Shown here: positions 1-13,765 of the stretch, piece after piece | Layout of the letters: each line of letters opens with the position of its first letter | Numbering within the stretch: position 1 is the stretch's first letter | Assembly: GCA_964247055.1 (NCBI GenBank) | Contig: OZ176056.1 | Location: forward strand, 3,596,001-3,660,000 | Direction: 5' to 3' | DNA: 64,000 nt | Source of the DNA: Paragordius varius | Lineage: Eukaryota > Animalia > Nematomorpha | Notes under the pieces: model-generated | Told to the model about the DNA's origin: nothing | The model's input: only the letters and a program-made list of their open reading frames with translations | Databases searched by the model: none | Program-made: the position numbers and the translations under genes

Positions 1-465
1 TGTTTTACGATGAAAAAAACAATAGATTTACAAAATGAAGTCGAAAGTATGGTCATTTTTTATGAAATTTAACAAAATTATTTTTCAAAAAGGAATGGAA
101 TTTCGCTTGAATGGTATTCCATTTTATTAACCTCTTTTATATATGCAAATATCTGTAAATTTTATAATTAGCATCGTTTAGATAAGAGCCATATTAATAG
201 TTTAAAAGTTTTTTACAGGTTAATAGCAAAAAAATTTTTTTGCTTCTGGACTAAATTATATTTGTTTTGCATAATTTAAGCAGGATTCACAAATTTATTG
301 ATCAATAGAATTAATCCGTTATTAAAACTGTTCAAAGGCAGTGATACTTTAATAATAAAACAACTTAAGACTTGCATTAATATTGATATAACAATTTCAA
401 ACGATAAAATATCAAATGTAAATTTACTATATTATACAGTATCTGTTTATTTTTATATAATATAG

Positions 466-918
466 ATTTAAGTAGAGTTGATATAAGTAATATTTTCCAT
501 CATCGCAATATAATTTGATTATTGACTATCAAATTTTATTTATATATATAATTTCTACATAGTGTCAAACCAAGAGTTGCAAGGTATTTTGGGCTTTTAC
601 TAAAAGATATTAAAATAAAATAAATTGAATTTTTAACATTGTAAGCTCTTTATTTCATTTGAAACACACTTAAAAAAGGGATCGGGATTAAGCATGAATG
701 TATTACAGGTCTAAGGGGTCATATGAAGATGTTTAATTACATAATCGCAATGGTTTACCTTTTTATATTACGACTCATGAAAAAAATTACAGTTTAAACA
801 CTTTATAAATGATGTCATAAAAAAGGCATTCTACCTTATATAGATTAAAATGTCATTTTTTTATTGAAATTTATAGGAGCTCTTTCGGATGCCATCCTAG
901 ATACCGAAGTGGAAACTG
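466..918 (+). CDS. Possible 3' part of an unidentified gene: three symmetric phase-1 micro-exons (466-486, 563-583, 877-918)
   Basis: Three AG/GT-bounded segments of 21, 21 and 42 nt join in frame to give DLSRVDIMSNQELQGALSDAILDTEVET. No homology recognised, and the terminal exon is ambiguous. Confidence 0.3.
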
Positions 919-1263
919 GTACATAAAATTAATATTTTTGCATTCTAGAAAAAATTTTTTGTTTAGATAGGGTTGAATATTAAATATTGGATTGCTTTAT
1001 AGCAATGCTTATAAGAAAAGGAAAAAATAACCGTGTTTCATATTGAATGGTGAACTGATCATTCTACAAATACAATTATACATATATTTAAGTGTGTCAA
1101 ATTTAGGGGGTACCTCCTGAATAATAAGACTTAATTTTTTTAGAATCAGGCTTTGAGAATCAGTAATAATTGGAGAAGCACCATATAAGACAATAAATGA
1201 GCAAAAATCAGATGCTTTCACTATTTGGGCTATAATTTTTTATCTAAAATAAACGCTGATATA

Positions 1264-1497
1264 CAGTAAAATTTGAAATTATACGGATAAAATATAAAAT
1301 TTTCGAAAAAACAACCATACTCTTTAACTTATATTTTTTAATTATAACTCATGTTTCAAATTGCAAAGTATGAAACAGAGATGTATATCGGTAACACAAT
1401 CATATTTATAATTAACAGTGAATATAGGTTTAAGAAAGTGTCTTTTGACAAAAAATATTTGTCTTTATATTTTCCGTTTGTCCATATAATTTTTTGT
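1264..1497. mobile_element. Tc1/pogo-like MITE (TA-CAGTAAAA..GAAATTATACGG family), degenerate
   Basis: Left TIR tacagtaaaatttgaaattatacggat with a decayed right arm. Same family as 12809, 17899 and 48880. Confidence 0.6.
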
Positions 1498-2437
1498 ATT
1501 AACACTTCATATATGATTAAAATTAACAGCGTTTTAATTTATGCTCAAAATATTGAATATAGCCATATTTACTTGATTTTTACCATTTTCATATATGGCC
1601 TTTGAGACAACAGATGCCCCTATATTTGACATATTATATATAATATTATTATTAATTTTGTGAATTTTCATTATTCGCACCATTTTTAAGTAAATATTTT
1701 AAAGTATATCTTAACTAAAAATAAAATAATTTTGCGCAGAGAAGCCTTATCATTTTTATGTCGTTAGGGGAAATGTTTTTGTGCGGTTTTTTTTCAAAAA
1801 GAAGTTTGGCGGGGTGTAATAGAATTTTTTACAACATTAATGCGATCTTATTGTACTGTCCGTTTTGCTATAAGACTGCATTCTGTTGCACTGAGTATTA
1901 TAATTAAATATTAATCTATTATTTGTTATAATACGAGATTTTTGAAACCTATTGATCTCAACGAAATAGAAGTCTATACCTAAAAATTTAAGCCTTTCAA
2001 TTTACTAAAGTTTATGTCTAAGATACAATCTTATTTGCTGTAACAATATAAATTCATTTTTCTTTAGTTTTGGAGGAAACCGGTAAAAATACATTTTTTT
2101 AGTTTCATATTTCGAATGTAATAATTTCAATTTGCATTTTTAGTTGACGACGAATGTAATTTTGATAATTTTTTTATATAATAATCTATAATCTATCAAA
2201 TATATAGTTGAAGCTTAAGACGAACATTTCATAGGTGTTGGGAATATATTAAATAAATATTATCATTTTTATTATGATTCATATTAAAATATATAGCAAT
2301 AAATTTAAAAACCAAAACTTTTTTTCATTTAAATTGAGTATTATTTGGAGAAGAGGAGGAGTGATGATGACTCTTTCGGGTTCACTTTGAACTTTATTAT
2401 AGCCATTTTTTGTCATCAAGAAATAAACGATTTAGAG

Positions 2438-2675
2438 CAGGGTTGTCCAACAAATGGCTTTGCGGGCCGCATTTGAAATATATATGGTCATTTATAAATA
2501 AATTAATTATATTTTAGCCTGTATAATGCAAACACAGTATAAAAATTTTTTCTAGTTTTTTTCAATTGCCTAGACTTATTTAGAAAAACGTAGAAACATC
2601 AATTTTCCTAAGATTTTTTGAGCATATTTTTTCCTATGAATTTCCAAAATTTTCACAGGCCGCGTGTTGGTTAAT
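2438..2675. mobile_element. hAT-type MITE (CAGGG-ended family)
   Basis: Starts cagggttgtccaac and contains gcgggccgcatt. Related pieces lie near 5200-5455, 31909-32275, 32515-32600 and 53715. Confidence 0.5.
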
Positions 2676-2900
2676 CCTGATTTTGAGTATAGATAAAACA
2701 ATTCGCATCCGATATATATATATAATATGTTTCTTTTTACTCAACAAAAAATTTTGCGCCTCTTATCTTTGATAATGGACATGTTAATGGTTTTGGCAAC
2801 CCTTTTTTAGATGTTTTAAATCAGGAATGTCAAACATGCTTTCTCTAAAAAATGTTAAAAAATAAAAAATTGATATATTTACATTATTAAGAACATATAC

Positions 2901-4192
2901 CAGGGGTAGCTGACCTGTTTTTCCTGCGGGCTTCTTTTTTGGGCGCGGGCACCTATGAATATTAAGTATTAAAAAATTCATTTATCATTACGAATATATC
3001 TCTCCATTTACGGATTGGGGTGACTAGCACAGGCCATTTTAAAATAAATATTATGGGTAGTTGTTTTTATATAGAATCTTATTATAAGACCTGTGGTTGC
3101 CACAATGAGTGTTCAAATACTAAGACACATTCAATTCATTAAATTTAAATTGGATAATTAACTGGACATCTTGCGACGGATTTTGGATGATTGAAGTAAA
3201 AAATGGATTTGTAGCTCTTGGCAAAGATATTTAAAATTTACCAGATTTTATGGATTACTGCATACCAGTTAAATAATGGACATATGGTTCAAGATAATCC
3301 ATCAAATCGAAAAGAGTGTAGCGCCGCATCTAGTTTAGTTAAAAGGAATTGGTGGTGACATAAAGAACTAGTATACAGATGAAAGATGGTTAAGTCGTCC
3401 TGCATTTTTTGAAAGATTAAAACAATTTTTACTGCAACTATATCTATTTAACAGACGAAATATTATTTATATCCACAATTAAAAGAACTAAAATCTCATC
3501 TTAATCTTGCTTGTTGATGCAATATCTCAGAAAAATTACACGCATTGCATATCAATTAAAAGACAGTGATTAAAATTTAATTGACGCAATCTGAAATGTT
3601 GCTTTTAAAAATGTCAATGATTTTGGAGAAAAGATTTTCGCCAAAACATAAACTCGAATACATTTCCATGTTTTATCTTCGTTTGATAATATGTTTGTAA
3701 AATTAAAATACTCTACCATGTTCTTAAAGCAATTTGGCCATATTTATATGTCGATCAACATTTGGAACTTAAGTTGAAAATTATCTTGATGTCATATAAA
3801 CTAAATGTGGAACACTTGATGTTTCTTTAAATATTTAAGAAGTATGCCATAATTCAGAAATTCAAAATTGGGTTCAAATGAAATCACTGCAATTCTCACG
3901 CATGAATCCAATTGATTATCAGTTAATCCTGATCTCTGTTTAGTTTTAATGACAGTCATATAAGAAAAAGCCGATTCACATAAATATGTGGATCCAAAAA
4001 AGAATTGAAAACTGCAGCAATTTTCCAAATATGTGGGTATTTTTCTTTAATTAAAATAAAAATAATTTATGAAAATAAATTATAATTTTGTGAAAAATTA
4101 TATGCAAAAATATTTTTTAATAATTTTTTAGGCGTACACGTTTTGAAATCTCGGCACGAAGTCGACCGCGGGCCACCGTTTGGTCACCCCGG
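2901..4192. mobile_element. Decayed hAT (Buster/SPIN/GTF2IRD2-like) transposase relic with an internal inversion
   Basis: The + strand reads YTDERWLSRPAFFERL (RWLSR motif, about 3372-3420). The - strand 3801-4028 reads FGSTYLCESAFSYMTVIKTKQRSGLTD, typical of the hAT C-terminal dimerisation domain. TIR-like ends caggggtagc (2901) and gtttggtcaccccgg (4192); no matching TSD. Confidence 0.7.
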
Positions 4193-4339
4193 TAGAGTCT
4201 AACGTGTCATTGTAAATGAATTTTAAAACACTTTTGAGGCATAAAACTATCATCAACCCAAACTTTCCTATAATATAAAATGCTTGCATATTTGAGATTA
4301 ATGGTCAAGATAAATATATACAAAGAAGCATTGATAAAA

Positions 4340-5076
4340 TCTATATATTTATAAAAATGGAAAATGCTGGCTTTGTGATCTGTTTCCGGAAAACCGGTAG
4401 ACCCATTTAATTCCATGTCGAAATAATATAATCATTAATAAATGCCCCGACAATAGCTTCGCCCTTTTTTGAATTAGGCCCCCAGTTCGGGCCCACCCCG
4501 TGTGAAAAATGGGTTTTTTTTGAAAAGCTACAAATATCGTGTCTATAAGACAATTTTCCGAACGTGTCGGACCATTCAATTTCAAATATGATATTTGTTT
4601 ACTTATTTTCGATTGCGCCGAACATTGTCGTCTCGCTTTTTTAATTTAGGCCCTCTTTTTATCCGCTCCCCCCGTAAAATGCCATTTTTTTCAAAAAACA
4701 AAGTCCACAAAAATAATTATTTAAATCTACTTTTTGCCCTAGGTATGAGACCGTAAAAATTAAATAAAGATTCCACGTATTATTTGTTAAAAGACAAAAA
4801 TTTTAGTCAAACGTCTCTTTGATGATAGCTGCTGGGTAAGGAGCTCTCGCTTTTTTAATTTAGGCCCTCTTTTTACCCGCTCCCTCCATAAAATGCCATT
4901 TTTTTCAAAAAACAAAGTCCACAAAAATATTTTTTGAATCTATTTTTAGCCCAAGTAAACAAAATATTAGTATGAATGCACCGTTTTAAAATTCCTATGA
5001 TATCATAGTTATTAATTAATGTTTCGAAATAATCCACATATGTGAGGGTTGCGTAGCAGCACGAGATTTACGCTAG
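4340..5076 (+). mobile_element. Non-autonomous Helitron, family A
   Basis: 5' a|TCTATATATTTATAAAAATGG and 3' ...cacgagatttacgCTAG|t, an A/T insertion site with no TSD. Four other copies occur in the window. Confidence 0.8.
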
Positions 5077-6368
5077 TATATTATATAATATGTAAAATTA
5101 GCTTAATAAACTATTTTTTGGTATACAAGAATGAGGATGGCTCAAATAAAAAAAAATCATAGTATAAACCAGGACGGTCTAATATAAATAGCGCCGAGAG
5201 CCGCCTTTTAGACTTATAAAATCCGGCGGGCCGCATTCTTAATATATATGTGCGTTAATAAATACTATTAGATTTTAAACATAAGACTGTATAAAAAAAT
5301 TTTCCAGTTCGTTGCCGATTGAACAGACGTATTTAGAAGATTTGCTTAAGAAATATTAATTTTACTAAAACTTTGTGTGCATATTTTTGCATATCATGGA
5401 TTCCCAAAATTTTCGCGAGCCGCACGCGGCCTGCGGGCCATGTTTCAATGCCCCAGTTATAAACTAATAGAGAATATCTCTACGTAATTTTCGTTTAAAT
5501 AAATTTGATTATATCGTATCCTTAATTTGATTATAAACTTGTTTTTAGATTGAGTTTTTTTCGCATAAATCATATTTTAATCCAAGTGGCTATTTTAAGG
5601 ATTACCTAACTATGATTGGAGTATTTTTAAGTGTAGCGTTGTTTTATTTAGGTTTCTGTTTTAACCAGAAGTTATTTTAAGTGATATGATCACGATTGAT
5701 ACTTTAAACCAAATATATTTGGGCATTATGAATAAACCTGCAAGCCAGAAAATGCTTAAAGAACAAGATTTTAGCGATATTATTTAAGTGAGTGGAGTTG
5801 AAAGGGGCAAATTGCAAAAAGTGTGGCTGCCATGATTAAAAGTATGTAGATGAAAGGCTAAACGTTTCCTTTTAATATCATCATCTTAAAATGTGGGAAT
5901 TATTTTTGGTTTAATAACCGAACGCCGGCTATAAAAAAATTCCTGCCTTCAGAAAAGTTTGATAAAAAATATGGGAATTAAACCACGGGTGGGTAACATG
6001 TGGTATAAATGTGGATTGATAATAATGGATGACATTTAAAACCTAATAAATACCATTTAAATAGGCCTAATTATTTTCATCAAAATTGTTTCAAATACAA
6101 GTTTATTGGGGATATTTTTTTTAAAAAATTTATTTAGAGGTAATATAAGCTAATTAATTAACTGGATATGATAGTTACATCATAGATAATAATGATTTAC
6201 TTATATGTTTCGAACGCACCCTGTCTGATTAATATAAATTGTGTCAATTAAAAGCTAAAATAAACAAAAAATATCCTAGAAACATGATTGATTCTTTGGG
6301 TTCAAGCTTTAGTTTTTGTCTTAACATGATTATCATTTTTGAATGAAGCTAATTGTCAAATTTATAGG

Positions 6369-7160
6369 CGTTTCGTACCACAATATCCCACTTCCCATTT
6401 TTAAAAAAGTATATTATATGAATCTCACTTTTTACACCAATGTTGTTGTTTAAATTTGGTTTTATTTCATCATTTTTAAAAGCTTATGACGTCTTTTAAT
6501 CCATTATCTTTTGGGGTAGTTTTATATCCCAGAGTGATTTTTATTTAAGATATCTTAAAAAGTATTTAGGTTATTTAGCCAAAAAATACTTCCCTTAATT
6601 TTTTAGGCGCATTATACAAAAATATTTTTTTAAAAAATCCTCATCTCAAACTTTTTTGTCACCATTTTTTTCTATATATTTTTTAATCGCTATGCAACAA
6701 GCAAAAAAATATATATCATGGTCAAAACATGTAAATAATCACTTTAAATTTCAGGCTACATTTTACCAGAAAAAACTTGATATATTTTATTTGTAATATC
6801 AGCTATTCGTTTCAACCGTGCATTGGAGCTGTCCCAATTTTAGACTCTAGAAGTCACAATGTAAAAAATATAAGCTTTTTTATACATTTGAAAAATGTTT
6901 AATAATTTTTTAACTAAAACAACTTTCAACACAGTAGTATACTTACAAAATTGTGCTCGGGTATATAAACTACCTCAAGATATCTACGCGAGCAAAAAAT
7001 GAAAAGGTCATGAAGTGTTAAATAGCTTTTCGTACCACTATTATCCCTCCACTTCCCATTTTTTTAAAAAGTACATTGTATGAACCTAACTTTTTACACC
7101 AATGTTGAAGTTTAGATGTTTATTGGTTTCGTTTCATCTTTAAAAGCTAATGACGTCTTT
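6369..7160. repeat. Pair of diverged ~130-bp direct repeats (about 6369 and 7027)
   Basis: tttcgtaccac..cccacttcccatttttaaaaaagta..tttttacaccaatgttg..atgacgtcttttaa occurs twice. Confidence 0.6.
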
Positions 7161-8740
7161 TAAAAGAGAATTGTAGCTTTTTTTTCAAAGGGATTTTACA
7201 GCAACGTTTTTGAAAGTACGTAAATTCAATATTTACTAAAGAAAGGGGATTTTATCAAGAGATAAATAAGTATTACATCTTTGAAATTGAATAATGCTGA
7301 AAATATAAAATAATGATATTTTACGTAATCGGATTTTGAAATTACACGCGCAAAAATGTAAATCTTTGTTGTATAATATTAATAATAACAAAAGGTTTGT
7401 TTAGGTTTACTGTAATGCAGAATTGCATTAAGAACAGAACAGCTCTATACTCTATCTAGAATATTATTTACAAAATGCATTTTTTAATTAAAAATCCATT
7501 ATCATATGTAACTCGGATAATCTGCATTATAATAGGGAGTTTAATCCCTTAATTACTTATGTGGATAACAAGCATCGAAATGCAATTAAAACAATTTTTT
7601 ACAAATTTTTTTATAAAAATCCCTTAAGGTTGACATAATTTTATGTATAAAACTTTTAAAATATTCACGTATTACATCATATGCTTGTATGTAACGTCGT
7701 TCTAAATTTTTAAAATTAAGGTGTTATTTTTCATTTTTGATGAATTTTACATATTTATACTTATAAATAGATTATAAATTATGACATAATATCTATATAT
7801 ATATTATTTGCATCATCAATTTTTCGCATGTTATAAAAATCAATCCCTTATTTTTTAATTACATTTTTATTATATACATCATTATGAATGTGATATAATT
7901 AGAAAAAAAATTGAAGGTTGAGGTCAAAATCAATCATTAATTTCGTTTTTTGCATTATTTTTATCTATAAAAACTGTATTACATATATTCTTTTATAACG
8001 TACTGTGCTTTGTAAAATTTTTATAACAGTCGATTTTTGATTTTGTCCCAAAATAGATATTCTATATAATGAATTCACAATACCTAGATTTATAAAGATA
8101 TTTTTCCCCCCTTGCGTTTTTTACATTGCATTGGTTGTTTTTATTGAGAAAATCGATAACTCTATATTATTATATAAAAAAAAAAAAATATACAGTTTTA
8201 GAGTCTCTTTCTTCCTTTTTTAAACTCTATATTATTATACAATACGTAATTACGCAATGTAATCTTTCTTTTGATATATGCTATTTGAAATGCATATATT
8301 TTAATTTTTATATTGTGATAATTTTTTTTGCATTCTCTCAAAAACCAACATCTTCATCTATCTACACACAATTATGTCATGAGATTATGATATAAATATA
8401 TCATTTTTTATCGTGTTTTTAACCCTACACACTTAAAAATTGTCGAGTCATAGAGCCAACCAGCCCACAACATCAATATTTGTTTATCAATAATGTGTGG
8501 TTCTTTGATAATTATGTAACGTTTCTAAATATAATTTAAGTTCATTACGATAATTAACAGTTCTACCGTCAATCGACTTATTCATATTCTGAACTGACAA
8601 GTGTGAGATATATGGAATATATAGCATCATTACCATTTTGATTATCTTAATATTCTCATCAACTAAAGTTTTAATTCAACCAGCTATTCGGTTAAAACTG
8701 CACAAACTTATTATTTTTTCCCCCCTAATTTTTCTGTCAA

Positions 8741-11700
8741 ATGGGAAATGCCTTTAACCACAAAGCATCATCCTATCATAAAGGGAGCAGCGATACAGAA
8801 GACTCAACAAGAAACGCAAAACTCAATAATTGCGGTGGGGATGGTAAATTTTGGGTTAAAAATAATCGCCTCTCTGTAATATCTACTTCTGCAGGATTGC
8901 CAGTTAACAATCATTTAGATCACGTTTCAGATTCCAACAAATCTTTCTCTTGTGCAAATTACAGCAAATATAGCAATAATAGGGTAGATGTAATCCATGT
9001 CCCTCCACCCCATAACTCAAGTAATAATAATCACAATGATCAACAACACCATTGTAACATTATAAATAATGCTATTATAAATCACGACGATACATTTGGA
9101 AACAATCCAGTTGATTTGACTGGAAGGAAAGATAAAAAATCTATAACCTCATCTACGATGGCTACCCCGAATTCGTCGAAAATTCCTTTTAATGAAGGTA
9201 CTCACTAAATTTTTAATCCTTTTAAAAAGATGACTCGATAATTAATAACTCGTTATATAAAATATCAAAATATCTTATTGTTTTATCAAAAATTTTTCGA
9301 TAATATATGCATTTTAATGGTTGCTTATTACACTTTATAGTTGGGCGATTGCAACACAGTCAGGTATGGAAAAAATTAAAAGCTACATTTTTATTTCTTA
9401 CAATACTTGTTTATTTTAATCAATATGTTTTTTTTCCATACACTCATGCGTTGCAAATGCTCGCCTGTAATGTGTGAAATAAGCAACCATTAAAATGCAT
9501 ACTATAATATCTACGAGTTATTAATCAATTTAAACCAAAATTTTGTGTTGTTATAGCCTATGTTTGGGGCATTTTATTATAGTAATTTAATTTGCATTAT
9601 GTCAACACGTTTGGTACGCAAAAGTGCTTTAAAATATATGTTAAACAAATTAAAAATTGGATTTTAATCAAAAATTTACCATTATTTATAAAATATTTAA
9701 AATGGGCTCAAAATAAATAAGGAAAATTATTATTTATAAAGCAGCTCGCAAAGATATTTGTATTGGACACCCTTGGTCAAAATCACTTTTTCATAATTGC
9801 ATTTTTATCCACTAAAATCAAAATTTTTACACTTAAAGCCTTGATTTAATTTTTTTAGAGAAAATACTTTTTAAACCTTTGCATACATTATCTCAACACT
9901 ACCGATTGAATTGAACAACATACATTTTGTCGCATAGATATTACGTGGTCCTATATAACAATATTCTAAAATGCCATTTTCTTCCAATTATATTAATTAC
10001 AATTGTTTTTGAAAATGATATAGCGAAAGATGGGTCGGTCACACCCCCTCATAAATTATAAAAGAGTATAATAATAACGCAACAAAAACTATATTAACCC
10101 TGCAGGCTAATAAATTTTAACAAGCAATTTCATGCCAAATAATATCCCATTATTATATTATAAGTAATATATTCCTTTTAAACGAAAATTATTAGTTTGT
10201 TTTGTATAAAAATATTTTTTAACTGACTTATCCTGCTCTTGTATATGATGTGTATGTTATGGGTAAGAATACTTTTTTTATTGTTTTAATGATACAGTAC
10301 ATTTATATGGGTTATAGGACTTTTAAAAATACAAAATGACATAATTTCCTACCTTTCTTCTTATCGCGCCAATTTAAATGAAATATTTAGCCAATAAAAA
10401 ACAGCTTTTTTTCAAGCCAGAATTTTACTCTATTTTATTCTTTGTAAATTTTATGTATTAATAGCCTACAATAAACGTGTTAAAACACTCCCTGAACACA
10501 GAGTTCGTATCAAACGACCCCAAAACGAAGACGTTGACATTGTAATCAAAGAATTTTCGATGGGTATTGACCCTGGTCCCATTCAAGTCGATGAAAGTTC
10601 TGAATCTATATTCCGATTTAAGACGCCTTACTTTAGGTAATAATATAGTTAAAAATTTTCCCATTTTTTTCATTTATACAGTCATGTATCCTTTATTTTA
10701 TCAAGAATTTATTTTTTTTCGTTAAATGATAAATATTTGGTAAAGAATGGAAAACACAAGAGCTCTATGGTATTAACAAACAATATCATATTCATCAAAA
10801 AAGTATGAGAATTACCATAGAGCTCTTGTTTTTTCTATTCTTTACCAAATATTTATACCCATTTAACGAAATGATAAAATAAAGCATACATGTCTGTAAG
10901 TAAGTATAGTTTGTAATTTTGTTTTAAAAATATATGTGTGATTTAACTCTGTACTATGAATATTTTGGAAATATAATGGTTGATGATTGATTCATTATTA
11001 GTTAAATAATTTTAATATATTCCTGGAAATGTTGTATTTTCAATCGACATTAGATCCTTTTTTTGTCTTTATAAAAATGACCAAAACCTTTTAGTAGTCT
11101 TAATTTTATCTTCCATTAATTAAGGTTGTTAAAAAATCAGATGTTTAAATTCGTTTGGTATTTTGACATGGCTATTTTTAAACTACTGCGACTGCACAAA
11201 ATTATGTCTTTTTAAATAAAATTTAAACAATACATTACCCTTGATATATAATCGTTTATGTCAAGGTTTCAACACGCTCCCCTTCAAAATATTTCTACGG
11301 CCCCTGAGATATTTCAAATACGAATATTACAAAATCTACGAGAAATTATGTTCTTAAACAATTTTCTGATAAATCTTTCCCGAATTTCGGCAATAAACTA
11401 GTCAAATATGTCAAAAATAGTTGTAATCCAATAAAATATTTTAATGACCATTATATGTTCCGAAAATGCCGCCTGCGGAGCTGCTTCTGTTGGATGCCCC
11501 TGGTTTAAGCTCCGTTTTAAAGTTGTTAAATCATAGATTTGCCTGCCACGAATTTAAAACTAGATAGCCAAAAACTTTTTAGATTTTGTCCATTTTGAAT
11601 GCAATATTTACCGCCTGTTAAGTAAGATTGTGATGAAGGCTAATGGTTTTTTCCCCATCAGATGTCAAAAAAATTATATTTAGACTTTAATTCGACAAAC

Positions 11701-13700
11701 TATGAACACATTGTTGTTTCGCTTTTATATAATACTTAAAAAGCACTTTTGACCTCATATATATATACTAAGTGGTATTATTCCGCTAAGAGGAAAAAAC
11801 GACAAAATTTTTTTATCTTTTTGGAAAAAATTTTGAATATATTGAGTGAATTTATTTGCTTAATATCATTTTTTATTGCAATATATTTGGACATTCTCTA
11901 AGCATTTCCATCTATCTTTGGAAGATTTTTTTAAAATAATATTAAATACTAGTATTAAATATAATTATACCTTAACATATATAACTTATTCATACATCCA
12001 TAGTCAGGCAGGATCAAACAATTTTATATAAACATATATTAGAATTGGTAGATATTGATTTTTTGCACATGCTTCCTCTCTCATGTTTTCATTTATTTTA
12101 TAGAAAAAAATTTAGTATAATATATTTATAGTACACCACCATGCGTATTAAAATTTATTTTTTTGCAATTTTCATACATATTTTTTGCGATTACCTAGGA
12201 AAAAGCTAGAAAATTGGAATTCAGCTATATTAACTATTAGATTTAAAAAAATATTCCAAGCATTATAAGCATATTTATATAAATACGAAAAATATCATTT
12301 TTTGGTTTAAATAATTTATAAGATAAATGCAAAAATCGATCGATATGACTTATAAGTTTTTGGTGACATTTCTGTTTTTATTTCGAAAAAAGGCCAAAAT
12401 ATTTACCTGTGTGTCGATTTTTTGATTAATTTATGATATGGTCTAATAAGACTTCATTATATCGTTTTTTGTGATATACAAAATAAATGAAAATATAATA
12501 TTAAAAATCAAAACTAAAAAATTGTCTTGTCAAAAAAGTATTGTAATTTTACAATATACACTTACTTATTATTATTGTAACTACCAAGGTTATGAAAATA
12601 TCATTTTTTAATTAAAATATGTTATTAATTAATTAATTAGTTGTGTGATTAATTTATGAAAATCCTTGGTCAAAAAATAAGAATTGAATATTTGAATGTG
12701 TGCCAATTATTAAAATATTAATAATTTTAGAAAGTTTGTAATAGAGTAAACATTTTGTTTTAGCACAAAATATAACCTGTGTAAAATTTTTATTCAAGGG
12801 TCAATATACAGTAAAAACTGAAATTATACGGACAAATGTTAAAATATAAAGACAAATATTTTTTTTCAAAAGACAACCTATTTCTATTGTTTAAAATGGC
12901 AAGTCTGAAATAGAGATATAGGAAACAATCAATTTTATATTTTACAATTTTGATTAAATAGATTATATGAAAAAAATTAATTTAAAAAGTATGGCTATCT
13001 TTTAAAAAAAATATTTGTCTTTATATTTTTGCGGTTTGTCCGTATAATTTCAATTTTTTTGAACGTTACAAATATTTCTTTTTCATAAAATGCCAATCTA
13101 AAACTATAACACAATCGGCCTCAACTTATGATTTCGTTTATTAAAATTAAATTCAAATTTTTATATTTATTTTTTAAATTTTTGGATTTTTTAGAGGAAA
13201 AGCTACTATCGAAATTCCTCCCTTAGATTTCCGAGAAACTTGGATCTTTGGTTGGATTCAAGCCTGTTATGACCTTAAATTCGTTAATACATATGGAAAA
13301 TATGGATAGTAATATTTACACATATATATATAATTTATAAAAATAATATATACTGATACAAATTGGGATACTAAATGTTAGTTTTTTCTAAAAAAGTTTA
13401 TAAAACTTTATTTTTTGATAATTTTACAACCCTTATATATAAATATATATTTAAAGGAGGATAAAGTAAAAATATCAGGGATAGAGTCATTTAAAAAGGT
13501 TTTTTTCTCCATTTCGATTTAAACCAGGAGTTTTTAACACTTGGCCCGCGAAAACGTGAAATAAATAAATTCAAATTCTACAATAATTTGCAAAAATTTA
13601 ATTAAAGAAATCTTGTTTATAATAGCAATTAAAATTAGTGTTATTTTTTCCATTTAAAATCATATATTTTGAGTAATTATTTATGAATTTATTCACAACA

Positions 13701-13765
<65 letters not shown>

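Noticed and set aside
1009-1221. 70-aa - strand ORF, optionally spliced to about 876-944
   Set aside because: No recognisable homology, and it conflicts with equally weak + strand exon candidates.
5640-6225. Possible Tc1/mariner relic ending in caccctgt
   Set aside because: Only a TIR-like end is visible; transposase motifs are not convincingly readable.
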